Shown: positions 9,001-15,775 of the stretch, piece after piece | Layout of the letters: every line of letters begins with the position of its first letter | Position numbering within the stretch: the first letter of the stretch is position 1 | The notes under the pieces: model-generated | What the model was told of the DNA's origin: nothing | The model's database searches: none | Seen by the model: the letters and a program-made list of their open reading frames with translations, nothing else | NCBI GenBank assembly: GCA_963796105.1 | Contig: CAWCKJ010000004.1 | Coordinates: 384,001 to 448,000 of the forward strand | Direction: 5' to 3' | Length of the DNA stretch: 64,000 bases | Source: a candidate division FCPU426 bacterium | Lineage (GTDB): Bacteria; Oederibacteriota; Muellerivitia; Muellerivitales; Muellerivitaceae | Program-made: the position numbers and the translations under genes

Positions 9001-10883
9001 CCGCCGCTTCCCCCGTTGCCTGTCGCACTGTTACCGCCAGTTCCGCCGCCCACGCTGACCAAACTGGAATCCACTGATGCCGTGCCTGTTGCCGACAGGG
9101 TCGCATTGCCGCCAGCACCGGACACATTGTCAGCTCCCGCATTGCCGCCGTTTCCGCCACTCACATTCAAAGTGGAGTAACCATCGGTGCTGGTGAGGGT
9201 TAAATTCCCCGTTGAGGCCGAGGCGTTCCCACCGTTGCCTCCAGCTCCGCTGGTATTGCCTGTGCCGTTCGTCCCATAATTCAGTCCGTCGCCGTATACA
9301 CTCCCCAGGGACATCTGCCCGCCCATCCCGGCTGTGCCTCCATTGCCCCCGTTGCCCCCGGTCACGTTCAGCGTGGAATCATTCGCCGTCAAATCCCCCG
9401 TTGCCAGGGACGCGTTTCCGCCGTTGCCCCCATTGCCGGCCGTATTGTCATTTCCGCCATTCCCAGTGTTATCGCTGGAAAATTCGCTAAACCATGAGTA
9501 ATTGATGCTTCCACCATTGCCCGCGTTACCACCATTGCCGCCGGATCCGGCCGTGACATTGAGCGTGCTCGCATCCAATGAAACTGCGCCCGTGCTGACT
9601 GCCGAGTTCCCCCCGTTCCCGCCGTTGCCGCCCACGTTCCCACTTCCTCCGCTGCCTGTTACGTCTGTAGAACCGTAGTCATAATATCCGCTGATGTTTC
9701 CGCCGTTGCCGGCGTTGCCGCCGTTGCCGCCGTTGCCCGCGGCTACGTTGATGGCGCTGGATACCACCGACACCGCCCCTGTTGCCGTCAAGGCCGCGTC
9801 GCCGCCATTCCCGCCATTGCCTCCGATGTTGTCGTCACTCCCACTTCCTGTGGTTGTATAACCCCCCCAGTTATAACCCGTATACGCATTGCCCCCGGAC
9901 CCGTTATCCCCGCCTGAACTTCCGGTACCTCCGGCCACGTTCAGGCTGGGTGAGCCATAAGTGTTAGTCAGGGTTAAATCCGAACCGATGGAAACCGACG
10001 CGTTCCCACCGTTTCCGCCATTTCCGGTAGCGCTATTGCCGCCCGCGCCACCCGACACATTGACTTCGCTTGAATCCACTGACACCGCATCCGATGTAAT
10101 CAAAACTCCGTCGCCACCTATGCCGCCGTTGCCTGTCTCGCCTGTTGCGTTGCCGCCGTTTCCGCCGATGACTTGATTGCTTGAGGAGCCAGTGACGTTT
10201 AACGATCCCACGCTCTGGGTCGCCGCGCCGCCAGCTCCGCCGTCGCCGCTGTTGTTATCCGCGCCAGTTCCTCCGATGATAGCCACACTGCTGGGATCAA
10301 CCGACATGTTGCCGGTGACATTCAAGTTCGCCGCGCCGCCAGCGCCGCCATTGGGAATTCCGGACCCACCATTGAGTCCCAGGGTTGAATTTGAAACTGT
10401 CAAACTGTTCGAGGAGGCTGAAACAGGGCTGCTTGAACTCGCGGCACCAGTGAATTGGACTCCGCTGGAGACCAAGCCGTTTAATTGAACGCCGGATATG
10501 ACAATGGAGCTGTTGTTGGGATTGAGAACCTGGAAGGCGTTCCCGTTGTTGATCACAACATTCGCGCCGGAGTTGGTGAAAGTCGCGGGTTGGGATAAGG
10601 CCGGAAGGTCCACGGACAGGACGATGGATTGGCCTTCTATAGATGAGAGATCAATCGTGCCGCCGCAGGGACTGTTGGAATTGATTTGATTGATAGCGTC
10701 ACCCAAGGAACCGGGACTGTTGTCCCCGGCATTGGTTGTGACAGTCACATTGAGGGGACTGCAAGACACAGGTATGGCCATGGCTGGAAAAGGGCGCACC
10801 AATGCCCAAAAGCTAAATATCAAAATGCCCAATCCAATCAAAAGTGAATTTACTTTCGGAAATCGGATCTGAGTTTTTTGCAT
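1..10883 (-). CDS. Giant secreted glycine-rich repeat protein (GGNGGNGG/beta-strand repeats; adhesin or autotransporter-passenger-like), 3' end outside the window
   Basis: ATG at 10883 preceded by GGAGG; signal-peptide-like N-terminus MQKTQIRFPKVNSLLIGLGILIFSFWALVRPFPAMA. The same frame reads ...DMGGNGG at positions 23-3, and the track lists no stop-terminated ORF in this frame, so it appears open for >3,600 codons. Confidence 0.85.
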   Translation of the reverse strand, partial: MQKTQIRFPKVNSLLIGLGILIFSFWALVRPFPAMAIPVSCSPLNVTVTTNAGDNSPGSLGDAINQINSNSPCGGTIDLSSIEGQSIVLSVDLPALSQPATFTNSGANVVINNGNAFQVLNPNNSSIVISGVQLNGLVSSGVQFTGAASSSSPVSASSNSLTVSNSTLGLNGGSGIPNGGAGGAANLNVTGNMSVDPSSVAIIGGTGADNNSGDGGAGGAATQSVGSLNVTGSSSNQVIGGNGGNATGETGNGGIGGDGVLITSDAVSVDSSEVNVSGGAGGNSATGNGGNGGNASVSIGSDLTLTNTYGSPSLNVAGGTGSSGGDNGSGGNAYTGYNWGGYTTTGSGSDDNIGGNGGNGGDAALTATGAVSVVSSAINVAAGNGGNGGNAGNGGNISGYYDYGSTDVTGSGGSGNVGGNGGNGGNSAVSTGAVSLDASTLNVTAGSGGNGGNAGNGGSINYSWFSEFSSDNTGNGGNDNTAGNGGNGGNASLATGDLTANDSTLNVTGGNGGNGGTAGMGGQMSLGSVYGDGLNYGTNGTGNTSGAGGNGGNASASTGNLTLTSTDGYSTLNVSGGNGGNAGADNVSGAGGNATLSATGTASVDSSLVSVGGGTGGNSATGNGGSGGNASAYLGSLDVASNTFNLSEGEIGIPSAFDVIGGNSGTSANGAGGNGGNAALTVSGAVSVDSSNVSVGGGVGGNSATGNGGNGGNASVSIGSDLTLTNTYGSPSLNVAGGTGSSGGDNGSGGNAFTGYNWGGYTTTGSGSDDNIGGNGGNGGDAALTATGAVSVVSSAINVAAGNGGNGGNAGNGGNISGYYDYGSTDVTGSGGSGNVGGNGGNGGNSAVSTGAVSLDASTLNVTAGSGGNGGNAGNGGSISYAYWSEFSSDNTGNGGNDNTAGNGGNGGNASLATGDLTANDSTLNVTGGNGGNGGTAGMGGQMSLGSVYGDGLNYGTNGTGNTSGAGGNGGNASASTGNLTLTSTDGYSTLNVSGGNGGNAGADNVSGAGGNATLSATGTASVDSSLVSVGGGTGGNSATGNGGSGGNASAYLGSLDVASNTFNLSEGEIGIPSAFDVIGGNSGTSANGAGGNGGNAALTVSGAVSVDSSNVSVGGGVGGNSATGNGGNGGNASVSIGSDLTLTNTYGSPSLNVAGGTGSSGGDNGSGGNAFTGYNWGGYTTTGSGSDDNIGGNGGNGGDAALTATGAVSVVSSAINVAAGNGGNGGNAGNGGNISGYYDYGSTDVTGSGGSGNVGGNGGNGGNSAVSTGAVSLDASTLNVTAGSGGNGGNAGNGGSISYAYWSEFSSDNTGNGGNDNTAGNGGNGGNASLATGDLTANDSTLNVTGGNGGNGGTAGMGGQMSLGSVYGDGLNYGTNGTGNTSGAGGNGGNASASTGNLTLTSTDGYSTLNVSGGNGGNAGADNVSGAGGNATLSAAGSVSIDTSSVGVGGGTGGYSATGNGGNGGNANVAVTSNLNVTGNNDSSSLVVAGGTGGSSNSGNAGNGGAAALTVSGAVSVDNSNVSVGGGTGGLSYYGTGGNGGDASVSVGSNLTVNDYSNLSVMGGSVPTNYYWYTYSPTGLTGSGGSAALAVGGSVSLDTSNVNVAGAAGADNYNGSAGSGGNASVSIGSNLTVTANNDSSNLNLTGGSGGSNFDYYGIGTGGSGGSATLSVGGAVSVDSTNVNVTGGYGGSGDGSSSSVTQGAGGDATATLGSLTLTSNAYNSSTDPGTTSSFNVVGGSGGNDYGDGNGGKGGSASLLVAGAVSVDSSDVSVGGGAGGYSNYSIGGIGGDATASVGSLSITSDNSNGNTSKFNVHGGNGGSSQNGYDPAGGSATLTSTGAVSVDSSEVSVTGGDAGFGIGNSGNTEGNGGDATVSAGSLDLTSDHYYQNSTGNPANLSVNGGAGGNDYSYGNGGNGGDAALSSSGAVSLDSSNLSVNGGAGGNSQYAYAANGGDASVSVGSDLNVTGNYSTSNLLVVGGAGGGTYSGTAGNGGSANLTSGGAVSVDNGNVSVGGGTGTTSYYYGNGGNGGNSSVSVGTNLSVNDGSTFDVAAGSAQSAYPWDYGNWSDTGTAGSGGSATLTVSDAVSIDSSSVNVTGGTGALGVNVNGGNGGNANVSIGSDLTVTSNNGYSSLNVIGGNSGSNYWEYDNGLDGTAGSATLSAGGAVSVDSSTVNVTGGNAGYGYGSYDEDQTESAGGNASASLGSLALTSNSFNSSDDPGTTSSFNVVGGAGGDDYYYGNGGNGGAATLTVAGDVSVDSSNVSVGGGQGGYSDYSNGGNGGDASASMNTLTVTSNNSNDNTSTFNVYAGNGGYSYDGSDPAVSGNGGSATLTVAGAVSVDSSEVNVIAGSAESGFGNSGDTEGNGGNATASLGSLTLTSNNAETSNLNVVGGNGGDDYSDGNGGNGGAATLMVAGAVSVDSSNVSVGGGQGGYSNYSNGGNGGDASASMNTLTVTSNNTNDNTSTFNVYGGNGGYSYDGSDPAISGNGGSATLTVAGAVSVDSSEINVIAGSAESGFGNSGDTEGTGGNAMASLGSLTLTSNNAETSNLDVIAGWGGYDYAYGNGGNGGDSALSVAGAVSVDNSNIYVVGGGGGYSENANGGNGGNASVSSGSLTLTSESSLVAIGGQGYSGASGYSGGEGDGYSSYDYEEDGLPQGWQISLQGGDGVGVTGTVGSNGGSGGAVTASLGDVNVGSSSSVSLAGGNGGNGGNGGDGGSGYGGEAYQDGTSYGDEGYDGETGYGDNAVGGTGIGGDGAQGGNGGNGGSVSLAMNSLTLQSGASFAVTAGQGGVGGNGGDGGYAEGAWAGGGTGYGGYGDDGNGGNGVGGNATAGSAIGGNGGNGGIGGDGGSLALSTGNITALGNVVTLSAGSGSQGGTGGVGGAAYSDGANDPYEDYGTGISEDGDNYPGNGIGGNATGGNITGGNGGNGGNGGNGGSVTGSTGAVTLASSNLSILGGQGGNGGDAGNGNYAYGPYYYDDGGYYGGEATADDYSMQNNGGNATSANVSGGNGGNGGNAGKGGSVSLALQGDTSLTGESTLQVSAGNGGQGGSGGNEESTEYSGWADGSYADAGEAYYGLENYGGNASNGNVIGGNGGNGGNGGDGGNLTLDDQGNINVSGSSQVNLTAGNGGTGGYSGEGMYGGDSEADGGEAYVGGYLNVGGNGVGGNSAGGNGGNGGNGGNGGSVSLAAGDVALSGNSTLNVAAGYGGDGADGGYGGYGGETSVYGGSADETFDGNAVGGNAVGGNGIGGNGGNGGNAGIGGSVTVSLGDVTSSASNITIASGNGGQGGYGYDGTEGDGDYAQGGDAYNSADNNYGGNAVGGNGIGGNAGNGGNGGYGGDLTGVLGNTALSNGSTLVLSAGNGGYGGDGGYGGDGYGGEGNGGQAYNEGDTAYGGNGTGGNGTGGNSGNGGNGGNGGNLTVTMASLTVDSGTVSVTGGTGGNGGNSNSAGWGYSGDGNGGYADYGVGGNGQDGNAMGGNGGNGGNGGNGGNSALTVTGTVALTTSSSLAVVAGNGGTGGSGGSQGIGDIYEYTGSAGSADEGDSGTYTPGTGADGTNGNGGNGGRGGNASLSTGAVTMDSSFLLVQAGNGGDGGNSGSYNLEAGAVRNTDKGLTSDVTDMGGNGG
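3150..4205. repeat. Older, diverged ~486-bp tandem duplication inside the giant CDS (boundaries approximate)
   Basis: Near-identical shadow ORFs at 3238 and 3724; ttgaaagtcgaggtgttatcgttt at ~3481 and ~3968. Confidence 0.8.
6577..10044. repeat. About 2.8 near-identical tandem copies of a 1,257-bp (419-codon) unit inside the giant CDS
   Basis: gccgacagggtcgcattgccgccagcaccgg at 6577, 7834 and 9091; shadow ORFs recur at 6698/7955/9212. Confidence 0.95.
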
Positions 10884-11197
10884 AAAATAGCCTCCAAGGC
10901 TTTTGTGGGGTTAAATGAGAAGTTAAACGAAAAACTAAGTTGCAGAAACATACCCTAGTTTTTTGAAAAAAGGAAGTCTCCAAAATGAAAAATTTGATCA
11001 ATTTTCAACAATTTAACCCAATAATATTTTTACCAAAATTCTTCTAAAAAAGCCTTTTCTTACCTAAATGCCTTAAGCTTTTGGTCTTTAGGACCCGTTT
11101 TCGATGTTTATTTAGATGGCCAAATCCCTTGTTTAGAAAAAAGAAGGCTTTAGCCCTAGAATGCATCATTCTAAAACCATTAAAGGATTGGAAATAA

Positions 11198-12016
11198 ATG
11201 GGTTCTTTATTAAATTCAGCCATTGAGGCCGCCAAAATCGCGGGAAAAATCCAAAAACAGTATTACGGCCGTTCCATCAATATCCAATACAAGTCCAAGA
11301 ATTACCTGAACCTGGTCACGGAAGTGGACAAGGCCTGCGAGAAAAGGGTCCTCTCCTTCCTCGAAAGGAAATTCCCATCCCATAACTTCTGGGGGGAGGA
11401 AACTGGAAGGGGAAACGGCCGCTCCGAATATACCTGGGTCGTGGACCCCTTGGACGGGACCACCAATTACGCCCACAGCTACCCGTTCTTTTGCTGCTCG
11501 GTGGCTTTGGTGAGAAATTTGAAGCCTTTTATCGGCGTGGTTTACGATCCGATGCTGGGAGAATGTTTCACGGCGGAAAAAGGAAATGGAGCATTCCTGA
11601 ACGGCAAACGGCTCAGGGTTTCAAAGACCTTGCGGTTGTCCCAGAGCCTCCTGGCGACCGGATTCGCCTACGCTGTCCGGGAAACCCACTACAATCTGGA
11701 CAATTTCCGAACTTTCGTCTTAAAAGCACAGGGAGTCCGCCGGGACGGCTCCGCCGCGTTGAACCTATGCTACGTGGCAGCGGGAAGGTTCGACGGCTTT
11801 TGGGAAAGGGGCATCCAGGCCTGGGATATGGCCTCCGGAGTCTTGATGATCACCGAGTCGGGTGGAAAAGTGACTGACATTTCCGGAAAGCCTTTCAATC
11901 TTTTGGGCGAGAACGCCATCGCCAGCAATGGGAAGATCCATTCGGAGATTTTCAAGATCCTGCAAAATGGGAAGGACGAGAAGAACTGGACCTTAAAACA
12001 CATCCGAAAAATTTAA
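11198..12016 (+). CDS. suhB: Inositol monophosphatase family protein
   Basis: Motifs VTEVDKACE, GEE, WVVDPLDGTTNY, GSAALNLCYVAAGRFDGFWE, WDMASG. Confidence 0.92.
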   Translation: MGSLLNSAIEAAKIAGKIQKQYYGRSINIQYKSKNYLNLVTEVDKACEKRVLSFLERKFPSHNFWGEETGRGNGRSEYTWVVDPLDGTTNYAHSYPFFCCSVALVRNLKPFIGVVYDPMLGECFTAEKGNGAFLNGKRLRVSKTLRLSQSLLATGFAYAVRETHYNLDNFRTFVLKAQGVRRDGSAALNLCYVAAGRFDGFWERGIQAWDMASGVLMITESGGKVTDISGKPFNLLGENAIASNGKIHSEIFKILQNGKDEKNWTLKHIRKI

Positions 12017-12033
12017 GTTTTTCCCCTGAATTT

Positions 12034-12834
12034 TTAAATTTCAAGGACAACTCGCGTGCCGATTCCCATCCGTAGTTTCTTGGCGGCGTTGCCGTTGTTT
12101 ACGGAAATCTCCAAGTTACCGCTTGACCCCATCAAAGCAATCAAGTTTCCCCTCCCGGTCTGGGAGTAATGGGTCGCCAAGTTTCGAAGGACCATCTTGC
12201 CGATTTTCAAGCGAAAGGACGAAGTCTGGTCCAGCGGCCGGGTCTTTAGCGTCGGCAAATGTTTTCCCGTCAGGTTCGTGACCAGATTTCCGAAGTGATC
12301 CACCCACAACACTTCCCCAACCCAACCCTTTGGAGTTTTACGCGGTTCCGGAATTTCAACCGCAACCCACCGGCTTAACTTTTTCCCCAGTCTTGAGAAA
12401 GGCAATCCCTTCGCCAAACGCGCCGCCACCGGCGCAAAAACATCCCGGCCGTGAAAGGTGGAGCTGTGCTTGGCAAGCTGGTGTTTTTTTTCGGTCAATT
12501 CGACTACCGCTTCGATTCCCCATTCCCCCAACGCGGTGGGAATCAGGCCGTTATCCGGTCCCACGAAATAGCGGCCTTGGGATTTCACGGCTATCGCCTT
12601 GCGGGAACTTCCAACCCCCGGATCCACCACAACCAAATGGATGGTTCCCCTGGGGAAATATTCCAGAACCGACTTTAAGAGGAAAGCTCCCGGGAGAATA
12701 GCCTGGGGAGGAACTTCATGGGTGAGGTCAACGAGACGGGCTTGTGGGCATATTCCGAGAATGACGCCTTTCATAGTTCCTACGAAAGTGTCTTGAGTGC
12801 CGAAATCAGTTAAAAGTGTAATGATGGCGGAAAT
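12034..12834 (-). CDS. SAM hydroxide adenosyltransferase / chlorinase-fluorinase family (DUF62)
   Basis: In-frame IITLLTDFGTQD upstream of the track start; VVDPGVGS, GPDNG, STFHGRDVFAP, VDHFGNLVTN. Likely ATT start at 12834 after AGGAG. Confidence 0.88.
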   Translation of the reverse strand: MSAIITLLTDFGTQDTFVGTMKGVILGICPQARLVDLTHEVPPQAILPGAFLLKSVLEYFPRGTIHLVVVDPGVGSSRKAIAVKSQGRYFVGPDNGLIPTALGEWGIEAVVELTEKKHQLAKHSSTFHGRDVFAPVAARLAKGLPFSRLGKKLSRWVAVEIPEPRKTPKGWVGEVLWVDHFGNLVTNLTGKHLPTLKTRPLDQTSSFRLKIGKMVLRNLATHYSQTGRGNLIALMGSSGNLEISVNNGNAAKKLRMGIGTRVVLEI

Positions 12835-12878
12835 ACAAAAGACTCCTAAAACATGGTGATGGAAACCCTGACAGTTTT

Positions 12879-13748
12879 TTAGCCAGCCCAGCCTTGGAGG
12901 AATTCCTCTATTAGATTTGGCAGGTCATCATGGTATCCGCCCTCCAACAAGGCGAAGCTGGGTATATTAAAGTCCTTCAATAACTTGCCGATGGTCCTGT
13001 AATCCTCTTTAGTCAATCCGAACTGGGCCAAGGGGTCCTTCTCATAGGTGTCGAACCCCATGGAAACCCCGATCAAGTCGGGTTGGAAAGCCCGAATCTC
13101 ACCCATGGCTTTTTCCAGCGCAGGGAAATAATCGCCCTCCTGGGTCCCCGGTGGCAGCGGATAGTTCCTGCAGTTATCCATGGACCTTTGCCCCGTGCCG
13201 GGATAAGCCGGAAATTGGTGGAGGGAAACAAAAAGAAGCCCCGGTTTCCCGAAGCAAAAATCCTGGGTGCCGTTCCCATGGTGTACGTCCAAGTCCAGCA
13301 CCGCCGCCTTTTGAGCCTTCCCTTCCTTTATCAAGGCCTGGAGTGAAACCGCCATTGAGTTGAAATAGCAGAAACCCATGGATTGGCCTGGGGTGGCGTG
13401 GTGCCCTGGGGGGCGCATCAAAGAGAATATTTTCACGCCTTTGAGGGCCTCCCGGGACGCCTCAAGGGCAGCGCCGGCGGAAAGAAGGCTCGAATTGAAT
13501 ACTCCCGGGCCGCCAGGTGTGTCCATGTCGATAAAATCCTCGTTCCGAACCAGATTCACCAAATCTTCCCCATGCACGGCCCGGATGGCTTCCATCGGCG
13601 CCGGTTGGGGTTCCTGGAACAAATCGGAGGGAAGGATTTTTCTCAAATGGGCCAGGCTTCGGACGACGCGGCCGGAATGTTCGGGGTGACCGGGTGAATC
13701 GTAACCGATTTTCGGGGTCGAGATGATTTTAAGGTTATTTTTTCCCAT
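12879..13748 (-). CDS. Histone deacetylase family (AcuC/HdaH-like) protein
   Basis: HPE, RPPGHHA, GFCYFN, DLDVHHGNGTQ, YPGTG, GFD, LEGGY; start moved to MGKNN at 13748. Confidence 0.92.
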   Translation of the reverse strand: MGKNNLKIISTPKIGYDSPGHPEHSGRVVRSLAHLRKILPSDLFQEPQPAPMEAIRAVHGEDLVNLVRNEDFIDMDTPGGPGVFNSSLLSAGAALEASREALKGVKIFSLMRPPGHHATPGQSMGFCYFNSMAVSLQALIKEGKAQKAAVLDLDVHHGNGTQDFCFGKPGLLFVSLHQFPAYPGTGQRSMDNCRNYPLPPGTQEGDYFPALEKAMGEIRAFQPDLIGVSMGFDTYEKDPLAQFGLTKEDYRTIGKLLKDFNIPSFALLEGGYHDDLPNLIEEFLQGWAG

Positions 13749-14193
13749 CTTGACGGCCGAGTCTTTCTGCCAAGAGGAACTTATCCAGCCGGACGACATC
13801 TTGGCGGTTAATGGCGAGAATCTTGATTCCGGCCCGGTAGGTGGACCCCGAACTTCCAGTGGCGCCGACATCCACCCGGATCACCTCAGCCAAGAGGGTC
13901 AAGGGAACCGGCCGGTCGGGAAGGTAAAGCTTGATCTCCAGGGCGGTATCAGGCGGAAATTCCTCCGGGCCCACGAGGGACATTCCGCCCATGGAAATAT
14001 CACGGGTAACCGCGTGAAGAGTGACCGACTTTTTGGAGAGATCCGGTAAATGGTCCACGGTGGATTCCCGGTAGGAAGGATTCGCCAGGATTTTCACCAA
14101 TTCGCTCTTAGGAATCATCGTATAGGTGACCTTGATGGCGGCGTCGATACGCTCAAATTGCCGTTTTTCCATCCACCCCGTCAGAATGTCCAT
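13735..14193 (-). CDS. PilZ domain (c-di-GMP-binding) protein
   Basis: RxxxR (KRQFER) and DxSxGG (DISMGG) motifs. Confidence 0.85.
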   Translation of the reverse strand: MDILTGWMEKRQFERIDAAIKVTYTMIPKSELVKILANPSYRESTVDHLPDLSKKSVTLHAVTRDISMGGMSLVGPEEFPPDTALEIKLYLPDRPVPLTLLAEVIRVDVGATGSSGSTYRAGIKILAINRQDVVRLDKFLLAERLGRQDGKK

Positions 14194-14266
14194 TTCAACT
14201 CCAAAACAAGTAGGGTCAGGACCCCATGAAGGCTTTCAATGCCTGAACGACGTCCGCTAGCTATCT

Positions 14267-14476
14267 TTATTTTTTCCAATGGATACAGGTAACCGGACAA
14301 CAGTCCATGGCTTCCTGGATTTTCTCTTCCGTATCCCCCTGGGGGTTAAAAACTTCCGACAAGCCATCCGTCGTCATTCGGAATACGCCGGGAGTCATGA
14401 CCACGCAGGACTCGCATCCGGTGCATTCATTCGGGTCAACGAATGAAATCCTATTCGTTTTCTGGGCGTTGCTCAT
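14267..14476 (-). CDS. Single-cluster ferredoxin
   Basis: CTGCESC...CP motif, 69 aa. Confidence 0.88.
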   Translation of the reverse strand: MSNAQKTNRISFVDPNECTGCESCVVMTPGVFRMTTDGLSEVFNPQGDTEEKIQEAMDCCPVTCIHWKK

Positions 14477-14587
14477 AATGATTTTAATCCTTCACCTTTA
14501 CAAACGAGATTGTTGGATTTCCGCCAAGATTTGCTGAGCGGCGGCTGGATCATAGCCTGGTCTCGGAATTTTAAAAGAATGGCTCTT

Positions 14588-15592
14588 TTAAAATTGGACC
14601 GCGAAACCCGTACTGCCCGCGATATCGGACCCGTTGGACTCGCCCACCACATCCCATTTGAATCCCTCGCCGACCTCAAACCCAAGAATGAATTTCGGCT
14701 CCAAAATAACCGGTTGACCCGAATTCTGGACATTGATATCGAAATTGGAGGAGTTGGGATTGATGGTTGCCGTCACCTGGCCGGTCACCGTTGATCGAAC
14801 CCAGCCGGAATTTCTTTGAAACCCGACCGCGGCGTAGGGAAAAAACTCCCCCCAGTCTTCCCCGACGATCAAGCGGGCGCCGAAACTTTTAACGTTCCAA
14901 TCCAGGTCATAGTTCGTGTCCCCCGTGATGGAGTCTTGATACTGGGTTCCGCTGTCGGTATAGGTTGAGTTTTGCTGGACGCTTGTGTTAATCGTGGTTT
15001 TTCCGTAAAGGATATCCCAACTGGTTCCAACCGCGATCACAGGAAGCGGAAAACGGTCAAGGATTCGGTACCGCATATCCACGCCCCACCCGGTGTATTG
15101 TCCGGAAAATCCCGCCGCTGGAACGTTGAGCTGGGGCATGTAAAGCAGTTTCGCCCCCACATCCAAACCATTGATGATGCCGATTCGGAAGGTCGCCACG
15201 GGAAAGGGCGCTGGAAGCACCGAGGGGACATCAACATTGGAGGAAGCTACCAGGGCTTTGAGTTGTAGATTATCGATATTCGATATATTAATCACATCAG
15301 CCCCAGCCCCCACTCCTATCTGCAATTTAGGATTTCCCACAATGTCAAATATCTTGGGCGCGTTTTGCCAGCCGAGGGTCGAGAAAAAGGCGATGCTTTT
15401 GGTGAATTGGCCGTTCACAAAACTCGTGATTGAAACATAGTCGGCCTGCATTTGATTTTGAAAATCCGTCAGTACTTGAGCGGATGCCCTTTGAAGTGGG
15501 AATACCCAAAGACTACCACTCAAGGCTAAGAATAAAAGGCGCTTTTGATGAATCACCCTGAGGCCTTCCTTAATCCTTTGATGAATACTCAT
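14588..15592 (-). CDS. Putative outer-membrane beta-barrel protein
   Basis: Signal peptide (ASA|Q), amphipathic beta-strand pattern, C-terminal Phe. Confidence 0.55.
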   Translation of the reverse strand: MSIHQRIKEGLRVIHQKRLLFLALSGSLWVFPLQRASAQVLTDFQNQMQADYVSITSFVNGQFTKSIAFFSTLGWQNAPKIFDIVGNPKLQIGVGAGADVINISNIDNLQLKALVASSNVDVPSVLPAPFPVATFRIGIINGLDVGAKLLYMPQLNVPAAGFSGQYTGWGVDMRYRILDRFPLPVIAVGTSWDILYGKTTINTSVQQNSTYTDSGTQYQDSITGDTNYDLDWNVKSFGARLIVGEDWGEFFPYAAVGFQRNSGWVRSTVTGQVTATINPNSSNFDINVQNSGQPVILEPKFILGFEVGEGFKWDVVGESNGSDIAGSTGFAVQF

Positions 15593-15775
15593 TCTAATTT
15601 AAGGGATAGCAACTCAAATTTAAAGCGTTTAAAGACGCTTGTTTATTCAACAATTGTATGGGTTAAATAATCTAAAGAGGTAACAAGAAAGGGAATTCGG
15701 CGTTTCACGGCCTTTTTAAACTATTCGCGTTTTTCCTTACAATTCGCGCCCTTTTGGGTTTCTTTTGCAAGGAAG

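Noticed and set aside
9480..9540. DGR-type variable region in the giant protein
   Set aside because: Differences between copies are not confined to adenines, and no reverse transcriptase is present.
815..10872. Dozens of short Arg/Pro/Ala-rich ORFs in the track
   Set aside because: They are antisense or off-frame shadows of the giant Gly-rich CDS.
12835..12880. Fluoride riboswitch before the fluorinase-like gene
   Set aside because: The ggtgatgg and gactcct fragments are in the wrong order and on the wrong strand; gactcct is just the RBS complement.
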